Assembly: GCA_050633305.1 (NCBI GenBank)
Contig: JBOEGF010000005.1
Span: forward strand, 128,001-192,000
From: Nannocystales bacterium
GTDB taxonomy: Bacteria > Myxococcota_A > Polyangia > Nannocystales > Nannocystaceae
DNA: 64,000 nt
Reading direction: 5' to 3'
In this document: piece after piece, positions 1 to 9,954 of the stretch
How positions within the stretch are numbered: the stretch's first letter is position 1
How the letters are laid out: each line of letters begins with the position of its first letter
Translations under genes and position numbers: made by a program
Notes under the pieces: generated by a model
What the model saw: only the letters and a program-made list of their open reading frames with translations
Told to the model about the DNA's origin: nothing
Databases searched by the model: none

Positions 1-387
1 CGAGGGGTAGTTGTAGCCGGAGGGCGACCCGGGGAACGCGAGTGGGAAGCAGACGCTGTGGTCCCGGTCGGGGCCGAGAAAACACAGGTCGTTGGGGTTG
101 GGTTCGTCGCCGTCGGCCTCTCCGGTATCGCCGGTGTCGTCGTGGTCTTCGCAGTCTTCCTCGTTGGCCACGACGGTGCATTCGCGGGCAGCGTCTGGGC
201 AGCAGTCTCCGTTGGCCGCACATTCGGCGTCGCAGAAACACCCGGTCGGCGCTTCGCCGCCGCAGTAGCCGACACACGAACCTTCGAACGCGTCGACTTG
301 GCGGCCTTGGGAGTCCTCTGCGTCGCACCCTGCGAACAGCGCGAAGAGGGAGGAGACGAGCAAAGTGGAGGAGAATTTGACGTTCAC
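1..387 (-). CDS. Lipoprotein with somatomedin-B-like Cys domain (partial; runs off the window start)
   Basis: Manual minus-strand translation from GTG 387: VNVKFSSTLLVSSLFALFAGC (lipobox), then SCVGYCGGEAPTGCFCDAECAANGDCCPD (SMB-like Cys spacing). Not in the ORF track because it is truncated. Confidence 0.7.
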   Translation of the reverse strand, partial: MNVKFSSTLLVSSLFALFAGCDAEDSQGRQVDAFEGSCVGYCGGEAPTGCFCDAECAANGDCCPDAARECTVVANEEDCEDHDDTGDTGEADGDEPNPNDLCFLGPDRDHSVCFPLAFPGSPSGYNYPS

Positions 388-531
388 GAGCGGCAACCTG
401 CGATCCGGGAATGGAGTGCGCCGCGCCCCCTTGGAGGTTCCCGAGCGGCCTGTTTTCACGGCTAGAGCCTATTGCCCGGCCGCGGAGGGCGCTGTGGCGA
501 GGCTGCCAGATGTGCTCTACGCTGCCGCCTC

Positions 532-1512
532 ATGGCTTATCGATGGGGAATCGCTGCGCTCGTGCTGTTGCTGGGGTGTTCGCCTGACGACGACGGGAAT
601 GTCGGACAGATTCCACCCGGGTCGTGGCTGGCCGACCCGCTCGCCCCGATCCCCGACGACTTCGCCGAGCTGGGCATCTACGCCGAGCCGGGTGATCCCG
701 AATCCGTCCCCGATGCCGCGGTTGCCTACGAGCCACGTTGGCCTCTGTGGAGCAGCGGCAGCGAGAAACATCGGCACTTCGTGCTCCCCGAGGGCGGGCT
801 GGTCGACAACTCCGGTCCGGCATGGTCGTTCCCCCCCGGCACCGCGTTCTTCAAGACGTTTGGTTATCCCCGCGACGGGCGATTTGTCCCAGTCGAGACC
901 CGCGTCATGCACGTGGAGGAGGACGGGGGGTGGGCCTACGAGGACTACCAGTGGGATGCGGAGGGTCGCTCGGCCCAGAAGCTCGACATCACGTTCGACA
1001 CCGAGGTGATGGTCGAGACCGATGAGGGGCCGTTGGTCCACACCATCCCCGCTCGGCTCGAGTGTCGCGAGTGCCACGAGAGCGCTCCATCGTTCGCCCT
1101 CGGATTCGAAGCGCTGCAGCTGGGGCCGCACATGGCGGACCTTCAAGATTCATTTGCCGAGCCCGTCCCCGAGGCCCGAGAACTTGGCGGCGCGGACGAG
1201 ACGACCGACGCGGTCTTGGGACTGCTCGTGGGCCAGTGCGTTCACTGCCACAACGGCACCGACGGTCCTTCCAGCGGGTTCGACCTCGGCCCGGATGTTG
1301 CTTTGCAGAACATCATCGGCATCGAGACCGAGAGCTCTGCGATGGCCGCGGGCGTGCGGGTCGTGCCCGGCGACCCTGCGAGCAGCATTCTGTTCCAGGC
1401 ATTCTCGGGCGAGACCGACGACCCCGAGGTGAGCGACATGCCGCCGCTGGGGATCGATCGCCGAGACCCTGAGGCGATCGAGTTGCTCAGGGGCTGGATC
1501 GCGTCCCTGTGA
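532..1512 (+). CDS. Di-heme c-type cytochrome lipoprotein (SO2930-like)
   Basis: Lipobox LLLGC; two CxxCH motifs (CRECH, CVHCH); YEPRWPLWSSGSEKHR and FPPGTAFFKTF..VETR motifs; ends in MPPLG. Confidence 0.75.
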   Translation: MAYRWGIAALVLLLGCSPDDDGNVGQIPPGSWLADPLAPIPDDFAELGIYAEPGDPESVPDAAVAYEPRWPLWSSGSEKHRHFVLPEGGLVDNSGPAWSFPPGTAFFKTFGYPRDGRFVPVETRVMHVEEDGGWAYEDYQWDAEGRSAQKLDITFDTEVMVETDEGPLVHTIPARLECRECHESAPSFALGFEALQLGPHMADLQDSFAEPVPEARELGGADETTDAVLGLLVGQCVHCHNGTDGPSSGFDLGPDVALQNIIGIETESSAMAAGVRVVPGDPASSILFQAFSGETDDPEVSDMPPLGIDRRDPEAIELLRGWIASL

Positions 1513-2123
1513 GAGCAGGGTCGATGCGAGACGTGACCGCCACGTTGCGCCGTCTGTATCGAGACGTGGACGGCTACGAGATCGGAGCTCGGCAAGAGCG
1601 TCGTATCGAACGGGCCCGCGGCAGCGCGACCTACGGCGAGATCATGCCGTCCGCCTCGGTGAAGCTGATCGATGCCCTGGAGCTTGGGCCGGCGGATACG
1701 TTCGTCGACTTGGGCAGTGGCGTCGGCAAGCTCGTGATGACCGCGGCGCTGCGTTCCAAGGTTGGACGCGCCATTGGCGTCGAGCTGGGTCGGGACCGTC
1801 ATCGCGATGCGGTGTCGGTGGTACGGGAGGCGGAGGCCGAGGGGGTGCTCACGCCCGGGGTGGTCGAGCTCCGCAACCAGGACATTTTGCGGACATCGTT
1901 GGCCGGAGCCACGGTCCTGTACACCTGCTCGACCGCCTTTCCTTACGCCTTCACCGAGCGGGTTGCGCACCGGGTGGGTCGGCTGAGACGCCCGGTTCGG
2001 TTCGTGACCCTCCAGGAACTGGACTGTGACGTTCCGGGGTTTGCGCTCACCGAGGTGATGCGCCTGGACATGTCGTGGGCGCGAAAGCGCAAGGTCCACA
2101 TCTACGCTGTGAGCGGGCCCTGA
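1509..2123 (+). CDS. DOT1-like class I SAM-dependent methyltransferase
   Basis: TYGEI..FVDLGSGVGKLV..AIGVEL..RH motifs typical of the DOT1 family; GTGA overlap with the upstream stop (alternative ATG 1524). Confidence 0.75.
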   Translation: MRAGSMRDVTATLRRLYRDVDGYEIGARQERRIERARGSATYGEIMPSASVKLIDALELGPADTFVDLGSGVGKLVMTAALRSKVGRAIGVELGRDRHRDAVSVVREAEAEGVLTPGVVELRNQDILRTSLAGATVLYTCSTAFPYAFTERVAHRVGRLRRPVRFVTLQELDCDVPGFALTEVMRLDMSWARKRKVHIYAVSGP

Positions 2124-2216
2124 GCCGGTTCGCGGGTTCGCACGCCGCTTTGCCGAATCCTGCGGTCCCGGACCCTTGCCAACCGCTTCCGGCGGTTCCA
2201 CAGTGCGCGAGCAACT

Positions 2217-3731
2217 GTGGACGAAGTCGAGCTCAAGCTGATAGCGGGACCCTCCTTCGATGCCGCGGAGCTGCAGAAGCAGCTCGGGTCGGTCGGAACA
2301 CTGGTCAAGACGGAGTCCTTCGAGCAGCGCGACACGTACCTCGATACGCCGTCCGCCGAGCTGGTCACGCTGGGTCTCTCGGCCCGGGTTCGGGCCAAAA
2401 AGGACGGCCGGCAGATCGACGTGAAGCCGGTCCCGATCGAGTCCGGTTTGGTGATGCGCCGCAGCGAGTTCACCGCGCCCGTTTCCAAGAAGGGCGAGCC
2501 CGGCCGCACGCTCCGCAAGCTGCTCGCCAAGATGCTCGGCGTTGCGCTGGACGACACCGCCGGGCCGGTCCTCACCCTGCACACCGATCGCGTGCTGCAC
2601 ACGGTCGAGGTCGACAAGAGCCGGGTCGAGGTCTGTGTGGACACGGTCCGTGTCCTCGGAGCCTCCGACAAAGAGGCGGGCAGCTTCCTCGAAGTCGAGG
2701 CCGAGCTGGTCGAAGGTGGGGAGACCGCGCTCCACACGTTGGCCGACGCGTTCGCCTCGTTCGACCTGTCGGTCTCGGGGCGCAGCAAGTACGTCCGGGC
2801 CCGAGAGATTCTCGAGCTGCCCGCGTACGACTGGAGCGCACCGGCGCCCGCGTTCGAGCGGGACACGGACATGGCCGAAGCCGCTCGCGCTGTGTGTCGC
2901 CAGCAGCTGCAGCTCATGCACAACTACGAGCCGGGCACACGCATCGGTCTCGACACAGAGCACCTGCACAAGATGCGAGTGGCAACCCGCCGCCTCCGCA
3001 CCGCCATGCGTGTGTTCGAGGCTGGATTCGTCGATGCGGACCGCAAGGTCCTCGGTCGGGGCTTTCGGTGGCTCGGTCGACGCCTCGGAGCGATTCGGGA
3101 TCTCGACGTCGCGATGCTCGCCTTGCCGACCTGGCGTTCGCGGTTTGGCCCCGAGCCTGAAGCTGGCTGGGATGCTCTCGCGGAGCGGCTTGAGGTTCGT
3201 CGAGGTCGCGCCCGTCGCGAGTTGGTCGACGCGCTCGACAGCACACGTTGGACCGAACTCGCCGAGACCGCCGAACGGGTGTTCTCGGTCGCGTCCCATC
3301 GCTGCGGACCGCTTGCGGAGCACATGGGTCCTCTGCTCGAGTCTCGACTCACCGCGTTCGAAACCGGCGTGCAGACCTTCATGCGCACCCACGAACTCGG
3401 CGATGCGCACCAACTTCGCATCCTCGGCAAACGTCTGCGCTACACGGTCGAGTTTCTCCGACCCGCCCTCGCGACCGATGTGAAGCCGCTCCTGAAGCGA
3501 CTGTCCGTTTTTCAGGACACCTTGGGCGCCATGCAAGACGCCTCCGAGGCCGGTGCGTTCGCGTTGAACGAGCTCGAGGACGACGGCGATGCCAGCATGG
3601 CGTTCGTTCTGGGGGCACTGCGGGGCTCCGCGATGATCGAAGCGGAGCAGGCTCGGTCCCGGGTCGACGGCGCGTTGGATGTCCTCGGGGTTGCCGAGCT
3701 CGCCGCAGCTCTTCGCGAATCCGTCGCGTGA
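2217..3731 (+). CDS. CYTH + CHAD domain protein (polyphosphate-related)
   Basis: N-terminal EVELK, QRDTYLDT and FLEVEAEL (CYTH); HKMRVATRRLR, RDLDV, HQLRILGKRLRY and QDTLGAMQD (CHAD). Confidence 0.9.
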   Translation: MDEVELKLIAGPSFDAAELQKQLGSVGTLVKTESFEQRDTYLDTPSAELVTLGLSARVRAKKDGRQIDVKPVPIESGLVMRRSEFTAPVSKKGEPGRTLRKLLAKMLGVALDDTAGPVLTLHTDRVLHTVEVDKSRVEVCVDTVRVLGASDKEAGSFLEVEAELVEGGETALHTLADAFASFDLSVSGRSKYVRAREILELPAYDWSAPAPAFERDTDMAEAARAVCRQQLQLMHNYEPGTRIGLDTEHLHKMRVATRRLRTAMRVFEAGFVDADRKVLGRGFRWLGRRLGAIRDLDVAMLALPTWRSRFGPEPEAGWDALAERLEVRRGRARRELVDALDSTRWTELAETAERVFSVASHRCGPLAEHMGPLLESRLTAFETGVQTFMRTHELGDAHQLRILGKRLRYTVEFLRPALATDVKPLLKRLSVFQDTLGAMQDASEAGAFALNELEDDGDASMAFVLGALRGSAMIEAEQARSRVDGALDVLGVAELAAALRESVA

Positions 3732-3923
3732 AATCGGGCTGAGTGATGGGGCCTGGGGCAGATGTCGCAGGCTCCTAGAGTGGCCACCCATTGTGGGCCG
3801 GTCCCGTGAAGTCCGGCCAGGTGCGACTTTCGGCGCGATTTCGCGGGGCGCGGGTAACTGTGCGTTCTCACGTGGATGTGGTCGTCGGCTCAGGTTGGCC
3901 AGGGTCTTGCTCCCTCTTGAGCC

Positions 3924-4307
3924 GTGATGGCCCAGCGACCCTCGATCAACCGCGCGCTCTCCCTCGCTGCTGCCCTCCGTCGAAAGCGCAAGTCCGTTCA
4001 GGACGAAGACGCAAAGGCCGCGCTCATCGAGGGACTCGCCTTCAGTACGGCGACGATCCGCAGCGGTGGGATGGCAGTGGCGAAGCTCCGTGGTCTTCAT
4101 CTGCACGGCGCCGACCTCAAGTGTGAGTCCATGAGCAGCGGTTTCATCGTGGATGTCCTGCCGCAGCACACGGTGCAAGAGAAGGGCGAGCAGCTGGTGC
4201 TGGCGATGCGAATCTTCCGACGTATGGGCACGCCACGGGCGTTGTGCCTGGTCCGGGTCAGCATCGGAGGAAGCAGCGCCGTCGCGTCGATCACGGTCCG
4301 CGTCTGA
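3924..4307 (+). CDS. Hypothetical protein
   Basis: 127-aa ORF with plausible codon usage filling the gap between genes; no family recognised. Confidence 0.5.
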   Translation: MMAQRPSINRALSLAAALRRKRKSVQDEDAKAALIEGLAFSTATIRSGGMAVAKLRGLHLHGADLKCESMSSGFIVDVLPQHTVQEKGEQLVLAMRIFRRMGTPRALCLVRVSIGGSSAVASITVRV

Positions 4308-4330
4308 GGGGCTGCGGTACGGTGCGCGGC

Positions 4331-4801
4331 ATGACCGACACCGTGCCGCTTCGGGTTCAGGGGATCGACGGCCTGCGGGCGATCGTGGGGCAAAGGCTGG
4401 GGCCGAGCGCAGCGGTGCGAGTCGACGCGGCCAAGGTTCGGGCGTTCGCCGATGCGACCGGCGACCACCAGTGGATCCACGTCGACGCCGAGCGGGCGGC
4501 GGCGGAGGCCCCGTGGGGAGGGCCGATCGCGCATGGGTATTTGGTGCTGAGTCTGCTGCCGGTCCTGCTGTTTCAGCAGGTGTTGGTGGTGGAGGACGTC
4601 TCGGCGATGATCAACTACGGTCTCGACAAACTCAGGTTTCCAGCCGTAACCCCGGTGGGGGCAGAGGTCCGATTGCAGGCGGTCCTGGAGAGCCTGGAGC
4701 CCAAGGCTGGAGGCCAACTCGGTCGGTTCTCGCTGTCGTTCGAGGTCGAAGGCGTCGCCAAGCCCGTGTGTGCCGCGACGGCGCTCATCCTGTTCACCTG
4801 A
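4331..4801 (+). CDS. MaoC-family dehydratase
   Basis: FADATGDHQWIHVD..IAHGYLVLSL..NYGLDKLRFPA hotdog-fold motifs. Confidence 0.92.
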   Translation: MTDTVPLRVQGIDGLRAIVGQRLGPSAAVRVDAAKVRAFADATGDHQWIHVDAERAAAEAPWGGPIAHGYLVLSLLPVLLFQQVLVVEDVSAMINYGLDKLRFPAVTPVGAEVRLQAVLESLEPKAGGQLGRFSLSFEVEGVAKPVCAATALILFT

Positions 4802-4859
4802 GGGCACGCGTGGTTGGTGCTCGGCGAGGCGCTCGTGCATCTCTGCTAGCGTTCGGCCG

Positions 4860-5597
4860 ATGACGCGCGTCCTCATGCCGCTGCCCTGCGAAGACTTCGA
4901 GCCGACCGAGGCGGCGGTGCCTTGGCGGGCTCTGACCGACGCTGGCATCGAGGTTGTGTTTGCGACGCCGGACGGCACGACCGCGGCGTGCGACCCGAAG
5001 GCCCTGGCCGGCGTTGTGTTCGGACAGATCGGCGCGAAGGCGCGGGACGCTGCGACGTACCGGGAGATGGCGGCGGACCCAGCGTTCGTGAATCCAATCT
5101 CGTATGCGTCGATCGACGTGACGCAGTTCGACGCGCTCCACCTCCCCGGTGGGCATGCGCCGGGGATGCGGCCGTACCTGGAGTCCACGTTGCTTCAGGA
5201 GAAGGCGGTGGAGTTCTTCCGCGCCGACAAGTTGGTCAGCGCGATCTGCCATGGGCCCATCGTGCTGGCTCGCGCCGTCGATCCGAAGACGGGGCGGTCC
5301 GTGCTTGCAGGACGTCGGATGACGGGACTGACGAAGTTGCTCGAGCGCGCTGGCTACTGGCTCACGGTCTGGACGCTCGGCCGCCGCTTCCGAACCTATC
5401 CCGCCTACGTCGAAGACGAGGTCTCCGAAGCACAGGGAGCGGGTGGGCAGTTTGAGCGCGGGCCTCTGGTTCCGTCCTACGCGCGTCCGTTTGTCGTCAG
5501 CGATGGCAACCTGCTGACCGCCCGTTGGCCTGGAGATGCTCAGGGGTTGGCGGACCAGATGGTCGAGCGTCTACGCGCTGTGCCCACGAAGGCCTGA
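4860..5597 (+). CDS. DJ-1/PfpI family (type 1 glutamine amidotransferase-like) protein
   Basis: FEPTEAAVPW, LPGGHAPG, AICHGP nucleophile elbow, LTARWPGD. Confidence 0.9.
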   Translation: MTRVLMPLPCEDFEPTEAAVPWRALTDAGIEVVFATPDGTTAACDPKALAGVVFGQIGAKARDAATYREMAADPAFVNPISYASIDVTQFDALHLPGGHAPGMRPYLESTLLQEKAVEFFRADKLVSAICHGPIVLARAVDPKTGRSVLAGRRMTGLTKLLERAGYWLTVWTLGRRFRTYPAYVEDEVSEAQGAGGQFERGPLVPSYARPFVVSDGNLLTARWPGDAQGLADQMVERLRAVPTKA

Positions 5598-5616
5598 GCG
5601 GCGAAGTTCGCTCGGC

Positions 5617-6719
5617 TCACACTGGTGTGGGCACGGGGCTATGCCACATCGCCGTGCGATCTTCGTCGCTCGGACCGTTGCGGGTCGAGGACGTCGCGGA
5701 GCGGAGGCGGTCGGCCACGACTCGAAGCGGCGGTAGTTTGTCGAGCGTTTTCCCGCCACGTTTCGGTGAGGGGGCGGGCGCGATGCTTGGCCGCTTCTTG
5801 GGCACCGTCGCGATGGGCGTAGCGGTCTTGCGCGGTCGCGGTGCGGGGGCGATCGTTCGCTTCACCTTCGAGCTCGGCTTCGCTACGGGCACGGCGACAC
5901 GCCGCGGCTTCTTGCGTCGCGGCGGCGGGTCGGTCGTCACCGTGGATGGGCGCCACTTCGGCGCGACGGCTGTTGCCATTCCTCGGGTGGAGCGCTTGGC
6001 TTTGCGCTCCGCGACCGGGGCCGCGCGCTTTGGAGGTGCAGCAGGTGGTATCGCAGCCTCGGCCAGCAGCGGCGAGGGCCGAACCATGTCGTGTATCGGC
6101 GTGGGGGTTGGGTGCAGCGGCTTCGGTACCGCGCTCGCTCTAGACGATGGCGGAGGTGGAGGCGGCGTTGCGGCGGCCCGTGGAGCGGGCGGCGGGGTTG
6201 CGTGTCCGGTGTGCGGGTTGACGAACGGACGCGAGACGGGCGGGGGCACTGCGGGCTCGGGCGCAGGCGGTGGGGCCGAGAATGCGGCGGCGGCCTCGAG
6301 GACGAGCTCGGCTTCTTCGTGTTGTCCGGCCGAGAGATATGTCCGGGCCAGGTTTTCGAGTCGCAGGGCTGCCATCTCGGCGCGTCCGTCGGCCGCTTCG
6401 AGTTCGGCAACGTCGATGTGGAGGTCGAGGCGAGCCGGTGCGATCGCCAGTGCCTTCGTGATGAGCGCGAACGCGGGACGCATCGACCCCGCCTCGGCGT
6501 ACCGTTGGGACCCCGCCGAGAGCAGCTCGACAGCGTCATCGACGCGACCGCAGCCGGTCGCGCAGTCGGCCAAGCCGAGGTGGGCGCGGAACTCCTCCGG
6601 ATCGATGTTGAGGACCGCGCGGTACACGCCCTCCGCTTCTGCAAGTCGCCCAGCGCTGAGATGCGCGCCCGCCCGAGCCAAAGGTTTCTCCGTGCGTCCA
6701 ACCACCACCGATAAGACAC
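5617..6719 (-). CDS. TPR-repeat protein with Pro/Lys/Arg-rich disordered tail
   Basis: TPR-like helices (AEAEGVYRAVLNIDP..AHLGLA) followed by a low-complexity tail; start uncertain. Confidence 0.65.
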
Positions 6720-6870
6720 CACATCTCCCCCCACTTCCGCATCGAGGATCCGGTGAACCCACTCGTATGGATATGTAGGGCCGGGGTCTCCATCCCCCGG
6801 GAGAACTCGCGTTCTCGATGCGTATCAAGCGCAGGTCCGTCCTCGGGTTCAGCTTCGCTCGTTCCTGCCG

Positions 6871-7116
6871 ATGAGCGTGGTGATGTCCGCCGTCCTCGAG
6901 CAGATGCCGCCCGCGTACCTGAGCGCTCCCCAAGAGGTCCAGCTTCGGGATGTGGCCGAGCTGAACCGCCAGATCGAGGCCGAGCTCAACGCGGGGACCG
7001 CAGAGATCCATGTGCTCGGGGTCGTATCGCTGTCCTACGCCAGCCAGGCGGCGCTGCAAGAAGTCGAACGCCGGCTCTCGGCCCGGGGCGTGTTCTTCGA
7101 GGTCCGACGTCGCTGA
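6871..7116 (+). CDS. Small hypothetical protein (weakly STAS-like)
   Basis: 81-aa ORF with good codon usage; function not recognised. Confidence 0.45.
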   Translation: MSVVMSAVLEQMPPAYLSAPQEVQLRDVAELNRQIEAELNAGTAEIHVLGVVSLSYASQAALQEVERRLSARGVFFEVRRR

Positions 7117-7165
7117 TCTGTGCGATTTTCGAAATCGAAGTGCGCTCTGTCGGTACTGACAGAGC

Positions 7166-7588
7166 ATGAAAGTCGCGACCTTCCACTCCAAGATCGACAC
7201 CTGGCTTGGGGCCGTCCTGGTCCTTGCGGCCGGCTCGACGTTTTGGGCGGCCGCGCAGACGGGGGCATGGCTGCCTATCGCGGCCGTGGTCGGTGTCCTC
7301 GGCCTCGCGGTCTTCCCACTACGCTACGAGCTCCATGACGACGCGCTCGTCGTCCGCTCGGGGTTGTTCCGCTACCGCCGGCCCTACACCGCGATCACCT
7401 CGGTCGTGCCCAACCACAACCCGCTGTCCGCCCCGGCGCTGTCCCTGGACCGCATCCAGGTCACCAGCAGCGGAAGCAGGGGCGTGAACATTTCGCCCGC
7501 CGCCCGCGATCGCTTCCTCAGCGAGCTTGCGAAGCGTGCGCCTCACCTGGCGCGCACGGAGCAGGGGGGCCTGGTCTCCCAGCGCTAG
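7166..7588 (+). CDS. Membrane protein with bacterial PH domain (bPH_5-like)
   Basis: FHSKIDTW, two TM helices, LVVRSG, NPLSAPALSLDRI, ISP motifs. Confidence 0.85.
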   Translation: MKVATFHSKIDTWLGAVLVLAAGSTFWAAAQTGAWLPIAAVVGVLGLAVFPLRYELHDDALVVRSGLFRYRRPYTAITSVVPNHNPLSAPALSLDRIQVTSSGSRGVNISPAARDRFLSELAKRAPHLARTEQGGLVSQR

Positions 7589-8670
7589 CGGCAGTACTTC
7601 CGGCCCGTCTTCGGTTTCTTGGCCCAGGCTTTTCGCCGCTCCAGGAAGCCGTCGACGGCGGGGTCGAACGCGCCGACCTCGTCACGCTTTTTCTGGGCTG
7701 CGTCCTTCGTGCTGGTGAGTTTGGGGCGCGGGGTTGTTCGAGCTCCGGCCAATGATGCCTTCACGCCCGCGCTCTTGAGGTACCGCCTGTGCCACGGGAA
7801 AATCGGCGCTGTGTCGAGGCAACCGGCGGTGATGTCATCGGGGCTGCAGAACAGCCGGATGTGCATGTGGTCGTCGTGGGGGAACTTGGGCTGGCACATC
7901 AAGTGGCCCGCCCGTTCGAGGACCGTCTTGTCCGCGCCCACCCGCACCCCTTCTTCGAGGAGCATCGTCCGGATGTGCTCCACGACGAAGATGCGTCCGA
8001 TGTGGTTGCGCTCGTCGGCCACGAGGGCGCCTACGAACGCCCAGGTTGTCGGCACATCGATGCGCACGTGCACGTCGTCGTCGGCGGTGGTGAGGTCCTT
8101 GTAGTCAACCCCGGTACCGTCGGGCTCGATCGGGATCGCTTTTGCATCGAAGGGCGTCCCGTCTGGGTTCTGGAGGTAGAACATCACATCGACGTCGCGA
8201 CCCGCTCGGTGGGACGCGTGTCCGTTGATGTCGCCGCCCGTTGCGAGGGAGAGGTCCCCGACGACGAGGGTGTTGCCGGGGTGGGCTTCTTGTGCCGCCG
8301 CGCTCGCATCGATGATCGCCCGCACCAGTTCCCACGTGCCGTAGCGCCGTGACGGATCTTTGCGAGGGTTGAACACATACCCGGGCCCCGATGTGGGCAG
8401 CGGCACGCTCGCGCGGAGGTGTCCCTCTGTGGGACTGCCGACGGAGACAGACGCAGTCCCGTCCAGAGTACTGGGGTCCGGGCCACCACCGGGTACGCCC
8501 TGTGGCTCGGGTTCGGGCGGTGGGCTTGGCTCCTCCGCGGGGTCCGTGGGCGCGGGGGGTTCCACCACAGGGGCTTCCGCGACAGCGGGCGCGGGCGCCT
8601 CCGGAGCCTCTGCTGCCGGTGCGCGGTCACACGCGACGAGCCCCAAGACCAAGCAGCTGACGCCTCGCAC
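7585..8670 (-). CDS. mepA: Penicillin-insensitive murein endopeptidase (peptidase M74), lipoprotein
   Basis: VGDLS..GG...GHASHRAGRDVD and HDDHMHIR zinc-binding motifs; lipobox LVAC. Confidence 0.85.
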   Translation of the reverse strand: MRGVSCLVLGLVACDRAPAAEAPEAPAPAVAEAPVVEPPAPTDPAEEPSPPPEPEPQGVPGGGPDPSTLDGTASVSVGSPTEGHLRASVPLPTSGPGYVFNPRKDPSRRYGTWELVRAIIDASAAAQEAHPGNTLVVGDLSLATGGDINGHASHRAGRDVDVMFYLQNPDGTPFDAKAIPIEPDGTGVDYKDLTTADDDVHVRIDVPTTWAFVGALVADERNHIGRIFVVEHIRTMLLEEGVRVGADKTVLERAGHLMCQPKFPHDDHMHIRLFCSPDDITAGCLDTAPIFPWHRRYLKSAGVKASLAGARTTPRPKLTSTKDAAQKKRDEVGAFDPAVDGFLERRKAWAKKPKTGRKYCR

Positions 8671-8767
8671 ATCCTTACAGTGAGCGGTCGGGGGGTTGCG
8701 GTGCAAGTTTTCCCCACGACTGCGGGTTTCTTGGGCCCATCGCTCGAATCCGAGAGAAGGGGGCTGT

Positions 8768-9700
8768 ATGCCGCCCACGCGTCGATACCGGGGTCCCGCT
8801 GATGCGATCCGTATCGGGCATCCACACCGGCCGTTGCAGGATCTCTACTACGAGCTCATGCGCGGCTCGTGGAGGTGGCTCGTCTCGATGTTCGCCATCG
8901 TCTACGTGGCCACAAACCTGCTGTTCGCGACGCTGTACTGGCTCGACCCGATGGCGGTCGAGGGCGGCGGTGGCTTGTCCTACGGGGACGCGTTCTTTTT
9001 CTCGGTCCAGACGCTCTCGACGATCGGCTACGGCGCGCTGTCCCCGGCGTCCGTGTACTCGGACGTCCTGGTGACCATCGAGTCGTTGGTGGGGATCCTC
9101 GGGGTCGCGGTGGGTACGGGCATCATCTTCACGAAGTTCGCGCGGACCCGCGCGGGCGTGATGTTTAGCGACAAGATCGTCATCAATGTGAGGAACGAGA
9201 AGCCGTGTTTGATGCTTCGCGTCGCCAACGCCCGGGGGAACGAGGTCGTCGAGGCCGAGATCCGCGTGTCGATCCTGTTGACCGAGACCACGATGGAGGG
9301 CGTGACAATGCGTCGCGTGGTGGACCTGGACCTCCTGAGAAACAACTCTCCGGTGTTCTCCCTGAGCTGGACTGTGATGCACGTCATCGACGAGACGAGT
9401 CCGCTCTACGGAATGTCGTTGCAGGGGCTCGCCGATGAACGCTCGATCGTCATCGTCACGCTGACCGGCATCGACAACACGTTCTCGGAGACCGTTCATG
9501 CGCGGAACATCTTCACGATCGAGGATGTCCGGCTGGGGGAACGATTCGTCGATGTGATCGACTTCGAAGGGGAAACGCTGCGCATCGACTTGCGCGCGTT
9601 CCACGAGACGGAGCCGGATCCAATGTGGCCACAAGGGCTACACGACCAGACGTTCTTCTCCCCCGAACCGGCGAAGTTCCTGCCCGACTCGGCAGGCTGA
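8768..9700 (+). CDS. Inward-rectifier potassium channel (KirBac)
   Basis: AFFFSVQTLSTIGYG selectivity filter, two TM helices, LMLRVANAR and WTVMHVIDETSPL cytoplasmic domain. Confidence 0.95.
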   Translation: MPPTRRYRGPADAIRIGHPHRPLQDLYYELMRGSWRWLVSMFAIVYVATNLLFATLYWLDPMAVEGGGGLSYGDAFFFSVQTLSTIGYGALSPASVYSDVLVTIESLVGILGVAVGTGIIFTKFARTRAGVMFSDKIVINVRNEKPCLMLRVANARGNEVVEAEIRVSILLTETTMEGVTMRRVVDLDLLRNNSPVFSLSWTVMHVIDETSPLYGMSLQGLADERSIVIVTLTGIDNTFSETVHARNIFTIEDVRLGERFVDVIDFEGETLRIDLRAFHETEPDPMWPQGLHDQTFFSPEPAKFLPDSAG

Positions 9701-9954
9701 TTCGACTTCGCGAAGAACGTTCGTAACCAATCGCGGTCTTGCGGAGTCTACCGCCATGCGCACGCTGTGCTTCAGCGACGCTGTAGGCCCCGAAAGACCC
9801 GTCTCTGCTTACGGCCCGTTTACCCACACACACGAAATGAATCGGCTTCGGGGGGAGTTCTAGCTCCAGTACCGACCTGGCCAGCCCGGCCACTCAGCCT
9901 CCCAGCATTTTTCTGCGCAACGTCCGCCATTGGCGGCCGACCGAAGGAGTTGCG

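Noticed and set aside
1242..4178. 978-aa minus-strand ORF
   Set aside because: Antisense shadow of the well-supported DOT1-like and CYTH-CHAD genes; such shadows are common in high-GC DNA.
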